Shown here piece after piece: positions 50,801 through 61,530 of a stretch of 64,000 bases of DNA. The position numbers and the translations under genes were made by a program. Origin of the DNA: Pristiophorus japonicus (lineage: Eukaryota). Every line of letters begins with the position of its first letter. Position 1 is the first letter of the stretch. The stretch is taken from contig NC_091995.1 in the NCBI RefSeq assembly GCF_044704955.1, positions 63,798,001 through 63,862,000 of the forward strand, in the 5' to 3' direction. The notes under the pieces were generated by a model. The model was given only the letters and a program-made list of their open reading frames with translations, did no database searches and had not been told where the DNA came from.

Positions 50801-53800
50801 AGAGTGCCGAGCTGACCGATCACACAGTGCTGAGCTGACCGATGGTGGAGTGCAGAGCTGAGCAATTGAGGAGTGTCAAGCTGACCAATCGCCGAGCTGA
50901 CCGATGCTGGAGTGCCGAGCTGACCGATCCTGGAGTGCCGAGCTGACCGATCCTGGAGTGCCAAGCTGACCGATCACACAGTGTTGAGCTGACCGATCGC
51001 CGAGCTAACCGATCGCACAGTAACGACCTGACCAATTGCGGAATGACGAGCTGACCGATCACAGTGTGCCGAGCTGACCGATCACACAGCGCTGAGCTGA
51101 CCGATGGTGGAGTGCAGAGCTGAGCAATTGAGGAGTGTCAAGCTGACCAATCGCCGAGCTGACCGATGCTGGAGTGCCGAGCTGACCGATCACACAGTGC
51201 TGAGCTGACCGATGGTGGAGTGCAGAGCTGAGCAATTGAGGCGTGTCAAGCTGACCAATCGCCGAGCTGACCGATGCTGGAGTGCCGAGCTGACCGATCC
51301 CGCAGTGCCGAGCTGACCGATCACAGAGTGCCAAGCTGACTGATCTCACAGTGCTGAGCTGACCAATCGTGGAGTGCCGAGTTGACCGATCAAGGACTGC
51401 CGAGCTTACCGATCGCTGAGCTGACCCATCGCGGAGTGCCGAGCTGACTAATCACGGAGTGCCGAGCTGATTACTCGCAGAGTGCCGAGCTGATCGATCA
51501 AACCATGCAGAGCAGACTGATTGTTGAGTACCGAGCTGACAGATCACACATTGCCTAGCTGACCGCTCACAGAGTGCCGAGCTGACCGATCGCAAAGTGC
51601 CAAGCTGACCGATCGCCAAGCTGACCAATCACACAGTGCTGAGCTGATAGTTCGCACAGTGCTGAGCTGATAGTTCGCACAGTGCTGAGCTGACCAATCG
51701 TGGAGTGCCAAGCTGACCAATCATGGAGTGCTGAGCTGACCAATCATGGAGTGCCAGGCTGACCAATCGCCAAGTTGACCAATCACACAGTGACGAGCTG
51801 ACCGATCACAAAGTGTTGAGCTGACGATCAAGTAGTGCCAAGCTGACCGATCATGAAATGCCAAGCTGAATAATCAAAGAATGCCGATCTCACTGACCGC
51901 TGAGCTGACCCATCGTGGAATGCCGAGCTGACCAATCACAGTTTGCCGAGCTGCTAGTTTGCACAGTGCCGAGCTGACCAATCACACTGTGCCGAGCTGA
52001 CCGATCGCCAAGCTGACCGATCACACAGCTGACCGATCACAGAATGGCGAGCTGACCGATCGTGGAGTACCGAGCTGATCGATCAAACCGTGCGGAGTGG
52101 ACTGATTGTTGAGTGCCGAGCTGACAGATCACAAAGTACCGAGCTGACACTCGCACAGTGCAGAGCTGACTAATCACGGAATGCTGACCTGACCAATCAC
52201 ACAGTGCTGAGCTGACCGATCGTGGATTGCCAAGCTGACCGATGGCGGAGTGCCACGCTGACTGATCACACAGTTCCGAGCTGTCAAATTGAACAGTGCC
52301 AAGCTAACCGATCACACAGTGCCGAGCTGACCGTTCATACAGTGGCGAGCTGACCGATCACACAGTGCCAAGCTGACCGATCACACAGTGCCGAGCTGAA
52401 CGATCACACAGTGCCGAGCTGCCCAATCGCACAGTGCCAAGCTGACTGATCACACAGTGCCGAGCTGCCCAATCACACAGTACCAACCTAACCAGTCACA
52501 CAGTGTTAAGCTGACCGATCACACAGTGCTGAGCTGACTTATTGCTGCGTACTGAGCTGACCGATCACAGAGTGCCGAGCTGCCCGAACATCGACCGCTG
52601 AGCTGACCGATCACAGAGTGCCAAGCTGACCGATCACACAGTGCTGAGCTGACCGATCGCCGAGCTAACCGATCGCACAGTAGCGACCTGACCAATCGCG
52701 GAATGACGAGCTGACCGATCACAGAATGCCGAGCTGACCGATCACACAGTGCTGAGCTGTCCGATGGTGGAGTGCAGAGCTGAGCAATTGAGGAGTGTCA
52801 AGCTGACCAATCGCCGAGCTGACCGATGCTGGAGTGCCGAGCTGACCGATCACACAGTGCTGAGCTGACCGATGGTGGAGTGCAGAGCTGAGCAATTGAG
52901 GAGTGTCAAGCTGACCAATCGCCGAGCTGACCGATGCTGGAGTGCCGAGCTGACCGATCCCGGAGTGCCGAGCTGACCGATCACGGAGTGCCAAGCTGAC
53001 TGATCTCACAGTGCTGAGCTGACCAATCGTGGAGTGCCGAGTTGACCGATCAAGGACTGCCGAGCTCACCGATCGCTGAGCTGACCCATCGCGGAGTGCC
53101 GAGCTGACTAACCACGGAGTGCCGAGCTGATTACTCGCAGAGTGCCGAGCTGATCGATCAAACCATGCAGAGCAGACTGATTGTTGAGTACCGAGCTGAC
53201 AGATCACACATTGCCGAGCTGACCGCTCACAGAGTGCCGAGCTGACCGATCGCAAAGTGCCAAGCTGACCGATCGCCAAGCTGACCAATCACACAGTGCT
53301 GAGCTGATAGTTCGCACAGTGCTGAGCTGACCAATCGTGGAGTGCCAAGCTGACCAATCATGGAGTGCCAGGCTGACCAATCGCCAAGTTGACCAATCAC
53401 ACAGTGACGATCTGACCGATCACACAGTGTTGAGCTGACCGATCACGTAGTGCCAAGCTGACCGATCATGAAATGCCAGCTGACCAATCAAGGAATGCCG
53501 AGCTCACTGACCGCTGAGCTGACCCATCGTGGAGTTCCGAGCTGACCAATCACAGTTTGCCGAGCTGCTAGTTTGCACAGTGCCGAGCTGACCAATCACA
53601 CTGTGCCGAGCTGACCGATCGCCAAGCTGACCGATCACACAGCTGACCGATCACAGAATGGCGAGCTGACCGATCGTGGAATACCGAGCTGATCGATCAA
53701 ACCGTGCGGAGTGGACTGATTGTTGAGTGCCGAGCTGACAGATCACACAGTACCGAGCTGACACTCGCACAGTGCAGAGCTGACTAATCACGGAATGCTG

Positions 53801-56800
53801 ACCTGACCAATCACACAGTGCTGAGCTGACCGATCGTGGATTGCCAAGCTGACCGATGGCGGAGTGCCACGCTGACTGATCACACAGTTCCGAGCTGTCA
53901 AATTGAACAGTGCCAAGCTAACCGATCACACAGTGCCGAGCTGACCGTTCATACAGTGGCGAGCTGACCGATCACACAGTGCCAAGCTGACCGATCACAC
54001 AGTGCCGAGCTGACCGATCACACAGTGCCGAGCTGCCCAATCGCACAGTGCCAAGCTGACTGATCACACAGTGCCGAGCTGCCCAATCACACAGTGCCAA
54101 CCTAACCAGTCACACAGTGTTAAGCTGACCGATCACACAGTGCTGAGCTGACTGATTGCTGCGTACTGAGCTGACCGATCACGGAGTGCCGAGCTGCCCG
54201 AACATGGACCGCTGAGCTGACCGATCACAGAGTGCCAAGCTGACCGATCACACAGTGCTGAGCTGACCGATCGCCGAGCTAACCGATCGCACAGTAGCGA
54301 CCTGACCAATCGCGGAATGATGAGCTGACCGATCACAGAGTGCCGAGCTGACCGATCACACAGTGCTGAGCTGACCGATGGTGGAGTGCAGAGCTGAGCA
54401 ATTGAGGAGTGTCAAGCTGACCAATCGCCGAGCTGACCGATGCTGGAGTGCCGAGCTGACCGATCCCGGAGTGCCGAGCTGACCGATCACGGAGTGCCAA
54501 GCTGACTGATCTCACAGTGCTGAGCTGACCAATCGTGGAGTGCCGAGTTGACCGATCAAGGACTGCTGAGCTCACCGATCGCTGAGCTGACCCATCGCGG
54601 AGTGCCGAGCTGACTAATCACGGAGTGCCGAGCTGATTACTCGCAGAGTGCCGAGGTGATCGATCAAACCATGCAGAGCAGACTGATTGTTGAGTACCGA
54701 GCTGACAGATCACACATTGCCGAGCTGACCGCTCACAGAGTGCCGAGCTGACCGATCGCAAAGTGCCAAGCTGACCGATCGCCAAGCTGACCAATCACAC
54801 AGTGCTGAGCTGATAGTTCGCACAGTGCTGAGCTGACCAATCGTGGAGTGCCAAGCTGACCAACCATGGAGTGCTGAGCTGACCAATCATGGAGTGCCAG
54901 GCTGACCAATCGCCAAGTTGACCAATCACACAGTAACGAGCTGACCGATCACATAGTGTTGAGCTGACCGATCACGTAGTGCTAAGCTGACCGATCATGA
55001 AATGCCAAGCTGACCAATCAAGGAATGCCGAGCTCACTGATCGCTGAGCTGACCCATCGTGGAGTGCCGAGCTGACCAATCACAGTTTGCCGAGCTGCTA
55101 GTTTGCACAGTGCCGAGATGACCAATCACACTGTGCCGAGCTGACCGATCGCCAAGCTGACCGATCACACAGCTGACCGATCACAGAATGGCGAGCTGAC
55201 CGATCGTGGAGTACCGAGCTGATCGATCAAACCGTGCGGAGTGGACTGATTGTTGAGTGCCGAGCTGACAGATCACACAGTACCGAGCTGACACTCGCAC
55301 AGTGCAGAGCTGACTAATCACGGAATGCTGAGCTGACCAATCACACAGTGCTGAGCTGACCGATGGCGGAGTGCCACGCTGACTGATCACACAGTTCCGA
55401 GCTGTCAAATTGAACAGTGCCAAGCTAACCGATCACACAGTGCCGAGCTGACCGTTCATACACTGGCGAGCTGACCGATCACACAGTGCCAAGCTGACCG
55501 ATCACACAGTGCCGAGCTGCCCAATCGCACAGTGCCAAGCTGACTGATCACACAGTGCCGAGCTGCCCAATCACACAGTGCCAACCTAACCAGTCACACA
55601 GTGTTAAGCTGACCGATCACACAGTGCTGAGCTGACTGATTGCTGCGTACTGAGCTGACCGATCACGGAGTGCCGAGCTGCCCGAACATGGACCGCTGAG
55701 CTGACTGATCACACTGTGCCGAGCTGACCAATCATGGAGTGCTGAGCTGAACGATCACCAGTGCCGAGCTGTCCAATTGCACAGTGCCAAGCGACCGATC
55801 AGTCAGTGCAGAGCTGACCGATCGCGGAGATCCGGGCTGACCAAAAGCACAGTGCCAAGCTGACCAATCGCAACGTGCCAAGCTAACCGATCGCGCTGTG
55901 CCGAGCTGACCGATTGCGGAGTGCCAAGCTGACTGATCGCCGAGCTGACGGATCACACAGTGCCGAGCTGACTGATCGTGCAGTGATGAGCTGACCGATC
56001 GCAGAGTGCAGAGCTAACCGATCACGGAGTACCGAGCTGACTGATCACACAGTGCCGAGCTGACTGATCACGCAACGTTGAGCTGACCAATCACACAGTG
56101 CTAAGCTGAGCGATCGTGGAGTGCCAAGCAGACCAATCAAGGAGTACTGAGCTCACCAATCGCCGAGTTAACCCATTGCGGAGTGGCGAGCTGACCGATC
56201 ACAGAATGCCGAGTTGACAATTCACACTGTGCCGAGCTGACCGATCATGGAATGCCGAGCTGCCGATCACACAGTGCTGAGCTGACTGCTCGCACACTGC
56301 CGAGCTCAGCGATCACACAGTGCCGAGCTGATCGATCACACAGTGTTAAGCTGACCGATCACACAGTGCCCAACAGACCGATTGCTGAGTAGTGAGTGAC
56401 CGATCATGGAGTGCCGAGCTGACCGATCGCACAGTGCCGAGCTGACCAATCGCACAGTGCCGAGCTGACCAATCACACAGTGCCGAGCTAATCAATCGGC
56501 GAGCTCACCGATTGCACAGTGCCAAGTTGACCGATTGCACAATACCGAGCTGACCAATCACGGAGTGCCGAGCTGACTGATCGAGGAGTGCCGAGCTGAC
56601 TGATTGCTGAGCTGACCGATGGCGGAGTGCCGAGCTGACCGACCACACATTGCCGAGCTGACCAATCACTGAGCTGAATGATGTGGAGTACTGAGCTGAC
56701 CCATCGCTAAGCTGACCGATTACACAGTGTTGAGCTGACCGATCATACAATGCTGAGCTGACCGATCGCTGTATACCGAGCTGACTGATCACACACTGCC

Positions 56801-57790
56801 GAGCTGACCAATGCAGAGTATTGAGCTGACCAATCACACAGTGCCGAGCTGCCCGATTGCACAGTGCCTAGCGGACTGATCATGGAGTGCCAAGTTGACT
56901 TATCGGCGAGCGGAGGGCCGAGCTGACCGATCCCACAATGCCTAGCTGACTGATCGCGGAGTCCCGAGTTGACCAATCACACAGTGCCGAGCTGACCGAT
57001 CACAGATGGCCGAGCTGACCGATCGTGGCGTGCTGAGTTGACCAATTGGCGAGCGGAGGGCCGAGCTGACCGACCACAGAATGCCGAGCTGACCGATCAC
57101 ACAGTGCCAAGCTGACCGATCTCTGAGTTGACCGATTGCAGAGTGCCAAGCTGACCGATCGGCAAGCTGAACGATCACTGAGTGCCGAGCTGAGCCATCA
57201 CACAGTGCCGAGCTGACCGATCGCACAGTGCCTAGCTGACCGATTGCAGAGTGCCGAGCTGACCGATCTCCAAGTTGACCGATTGCGGAGTGCCGAGCTG
57301 ACCGATCTCCGAGTTGACCGATCACGGAATGCCGAGCTGACCGATCTCCAAGTTGACCGATTGCGGAATGCCGAGCTGTCCATCCGCCAAGCTGACCAAT
57401 CGCAGAGTGCCAAGCTGACTGATTGTGAATTGCCGAGCCAACCGATTGCACCATGCTGAGCTGACCGATCACACAGTGCCGAGCTGACCGATCACACAGT
57501 GCTGAGCTGACCAATGACGGAGTGCCGAGCTGACCGATCACACAGTGCCGAGCTGACCGATGACGGAGTGCCAAGCTGACCGATCACACAGTGCCGAGCT
57601 GACCGATGACGGAGTGCCGAGCTGACCGATCACACAGTGCCGAGCTGACCGATTGCTGAGTACCGAGCTGACCAATCACGGAGTGCCGAGCTGACCGATC
57701 ACACAGTGCTGAGCTGACCGATTGCAGAGTACCGAGCTGACCGATCACGGAGTGCCGAGCTGACCGATCACACAGTGCTGAGCTGACTAA
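47898..57790. repeat. ~10-kb satellite of 23-bp (GCCGAGCTGACCGATCACACAGT) and 16-bp (GCCGAGCTGACCGATC) units with higher-order repeats
   Basis: Continuous tandem units; 47898-~48110 is inverted relative to the rest; ~262-bp and ~1.5-1.66-kb higher-order periodicities are visible. Confidence 0.97.
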
Positions 57791-59106
57791 ATGAGGCTCA
57801 AACTGAAAAGGACTTGGGACTCGCGCCGTGACTTTGGGCAGGCAGCACGGTTGCTCTATCCACTTCACACCCAGCTCACGTGGGATTTGGAGATCGGGCC
57901 TGTGATGGCCAATTCACCACAAAATTTACCCAAATAATACTCACTGATTTGGCCATACCATTAACTAGTTACACCCTCAACTCTCAGATTAAAGGTCTGG
58001 AGGCCCTCTGTTGACCAACTCTTAACTGTAATGGTGGACAATGGGCATTTATAGAGATTTCTTTACTTCAGTAAGTGTCAATCTTTCATAGTAATTTAAG
58101 TATGTCATTTAGTAATGCTACCTTAACAATCCATAATCAACAGTTGTAGGGGAGGTCGACAACCCACTCATTTTACCCAGAAGGAAAAGGGCTGTGCGAT
58201 CAGTCTGTGCTGTGAATTGAAACTGATAACAGTTTGACCTTGGCAGAGCAGTGATTGGACGGGGGAGGACACCGGGGGGACCCATGGTGAGACAGAGTCA
58301 GCCCGAAGCATGGGGCTTTCAAGCAATGGGAGAGCACTTGCTCGAAAACTGGGACTGACTCACAGCCATTATCGGACTATTGTCTTCCCCATGTTTACAC
58401 TATGGAAGGAAATGGCTGCAGGAGGCCAACCTTGAGTATGTTAGGAAAACTGAATTGAAGGATAATTATGCAGACATTTAGAAACCAGGGAACCCAAAAC
58501 AACCCAAGGGCCTATACAATGGCTACAGGAAGCCAATGCAATCAACACCCACTCAAACCTTGAGTAGGTTAACATCAGTGGAAAAAAACCCGCAATAATC
58601 TAAAACTGCTGCATTTTTTGAAATCACAAAGACCACCAATGAGAAGAATCAATTTCAGCAGGAGAGACGGACTGGATAATCTGGCTATAAAAAAAGGGTT
58701 TCTGACGTAGGGGGGTGGTGATTTTCCCTGCCCTCGTCATCCAACAACCACAACCAGCAAGATTCTCGACACTGAAGAAAAACCAGTGTCCGAAGACACC
58801 GAATATAGAAGAAACAAACCACCAAACTGCAGAAGGCACAGTAGTGAGTATAACCTCTGGTCCCCGGAACTCCCAACTCAGTTAGGCCAGGAAAGGTGGG
58901 AAGTTGGGCATTGTACTGCTAAACTTGTGTAAAGATTTTCGTTGTGTCCGTTTAGTGGGATTTAGGGGGATTGTTTTGTTGGAGTATTGCTGTTTGTAGA
59001 GATACACCTTCTCAAATTAATTGGAAGCCTAAAGTTCCTCTTGGAATCACCTTGTCTCAGTTCTATTAGATTACATCTCCTGATCGTGAGTCTTATGTCA
59101 GAACAG

Positions 59107-59460
59107 TGTAAGGGAAGCTAGGAGCGCCTCGAAAAGGCTCAACTGTGTGTCACAGGCTAGGGAAGAAGGGGTTAGGAGTGTTTGACACTCACAGGTGCCT
59201 CACAGGCTAGGCATAAGCTGTGGGGACGCACGAGTCTCAAAACCCCCTTCATAAGCTGTGGACACAGTCTCTCCAGGGGTGCTCTTGCAACACTCAGGGT
59301 ACCTCACAGGCCAGGCATAAGCTGTGAGGGCAGAAGCCCAGAGAGAGACACCCAAAGCACAACAACACTCCCTGAGAAAACCCCTTACACAGTGTATCAA
59401 TTAGGCTGCCTGTTAGATGAAGGCAGGAGACCAAAGTTGGAGTTTATAAACAGAAGTTGA
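59107..59460 (+). mobile_element. Possible LTR (U3-like) remnant
   Basis: Starts TGTAAG; internal direct repeats of CACAGGCTAGGCATAAGCTGTG-like sequence; TATAAA at 59445. No partner LTR seen. Confidence 0.35.
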
Positions 59461-59684
59461 GGTGCTTAGTGCTGCTGTACTGTGTTAAACCTGAGCAAAG
59501 TTCTTAGCCTAGAAATTCTTCCTTTTATTTGGTGGAAATGTGATGTGCTGGGAGAGGAGGAATGAGAAATTGAGGTTCCTAGCCTCCCATATGACTCCTG
59601 TGAGAACTTTTGATCGATGGGGGAGCACTTTTTTAACCAGCCCTTTCCATACATCACTTTTGAAGGGAACACTGGTGAGATCCT

Positions 59685-60323
59685 GGAGTTTAGCGGCGGC
59701 TGTAACCAATAGCGCCCCACTCCACTGCGCCGGCAACGATGGCATCATCACCATGCGCAGTGCCCCAGACTCTAACTTGGGTATCGGCCCCCTGAAGCTG
59801 AACTGGGTGATGGCAGCAACAGCTTCAGGGGCCGTGAACCATGCAGCCGGCTGCTCGTAGGGCGATAGTTACAGGGGAGGTGCATTGGTTTAAAAAATAA
59901 ATTGTCCAATGTTTTGTGGCGCCCCATGGGCGCTTTTAATGCGGGGTCTGTGCTGTGATCGGTCAGCCCGACCCTCTGCTTCAGTACCGAGCTGTTGGCA
60001 TGGCACCCCCGCTCCCTGGTGGTCCAGGGAGGCCCACTTTTATACTGCAGAGTTTGCGGCTTGGGCTTTCCCTTTATGAAGGGAAGAGCCCCTCCTATGT
60101 GGCAGAGCTACGCGACCCAGTGCGTAGCATTGCACCCTGCTCCATACACTCCGCCCCGCTAGCACCCCAGAAAGGAAGGGGAGCGTGTTATTTTGCGTTC
60201 CACTTCCTTTCGGGGGCGGTAACACCTATTTCTCATGAGAGGGGAGACTTCTACGCCTGGCACAAAGTCTCACGCCTCACGAGTGGTACCGCCCCCAAAC
60301 GAGGCGGGGCCCAATCTTTCCCC
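59685..60323. mobile_element. GC/CpG-rich MITE-like element (partial)
   Basis: Abrupt GC-rich block ending CCGCCCCCAAACGAGGCGGGGCCCAATCTTTCCCC; non-coding; contains satellite-unit-like motifs at 59954-59994. Confidence 0.45.
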
Positions 60324-61109
60324 ATATAACTTTACTCCTGCTGGTTTACACTGGAACACAACGCGGGGATTCACAAGCTGACTATTAGTAGCTGTGCCCA
60401 GGTGGACCAGGAAAATGGTCCAGATCCCGGGTCCGTTGGATCCCTTGATATTCCAGTCAGGGCCTGTGGATGGATCTTCTGCCTCCCTCCCAACCACATC
60501 AAGCAAGTCTGTCAGGGGGACTTCCTGGGCTTCCTCGAGAAATTCTTCCCTTTACACTCTTGAAAGGCCTCAATAAAAACGCAAGTCAATGGAGTCCTAT
60601 TGTAAATCCCTTTTTACGGCCTTCTGAAGGGTGGCTCCAGTGGGAACCAAATAATTAAAAAGAAAACATTTTTCTTCGCCCCATTTTGGGCCTTCAGAGG
60701 ACTGTGCTCCATCTTGATAGGAAAGATTGGCTTAGGTCATGATGGCCTCGGCTAATGTACTGTTGCAGGCACGAATCTTCCACCCCTTCTATGCAAATGA
60801 TCCCATCCCAGATTCTGGGATGAGTTCTTTTCCCTTGAGAGAGTGGGATGGGATTCCAATTCGTCACATTTACACCAGTGGGGTAGTGCTCCAGGTATTT
60901 CCAGACCCTAGTGCAGATGCTTAAACATTTCTCCCACCACCATTCAGCATCAGCATTCTAATGACCACATGTGTCTTTTTTGCCTTGTCCAGTGTTGTCT
61001 CTACTTGTCTCCCTCCATCTGCCATCTGGAAGAAGCATTTTTATATATTTGTTTTCACTTCATAGTAAATTTTTACTTAATTCTCCCAATTTTTCGTGGT
61101 AGTCCAATA

Positions 61110-61530
61110 AAGAAAGAAATACTTACATTTCTATAGCACCTTTCACGACCACAGAATGTCTCAAAGCGCTTTACAGCCAATGAAGTACTTTTGGAGTGTA
61201 TTCACGGTTGTAATGTGAGAAACCCGGCAGCCAATTTGCGCACAGCAAGCTCCCACAAACAGCAATGTGATAATGAACCAGATAAACTGTTTTTGTGACG
61301 TTGATTGAGGGATAAATATTGGCCAGGACACCGGGGGCAACTCCCCTGTGCTTCTTTGAAATAGTGCCGTGGGATCGTTTACGTCCATCTGAGAGAGCAG
61401 ATGGGACTCGGTTTAATGTCTCAGCTGAAAGACGGCGCCTCCAACAGTGCAGCGCTCCCTCAGCACTGCCCATCCAACAGTGCAGCACTCCCTTAGCACT
61501 ACACTGGAGTGTCAGCCTAGATTTACGTGC
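61110..61530 (-). mobile_element. Deu-domain SINE (SacSINE1/AmnSINE1-like), head truncated
   Basis: (AAAG)n tail; GCAGCCAATTTGCGCACAGCAAGCTCCCACAAACAGCAATGTGATAATGA and GGGATAAATATTGGCCAGGACACCGGGG; short internal duplication at 61441-61500. Confidence 0.8.

Noticed and set aside
47898-57790. CRISPR-like array, or genes from the many repetitive IGQLGT/RSVSSA ORFs
   Set aside because: Inter-repeat segments are 0-7 nt and themselves recurrent, there are no cas genes, and the context is eukaryotic. The ORFs are by-products of a stop-poor repeat.
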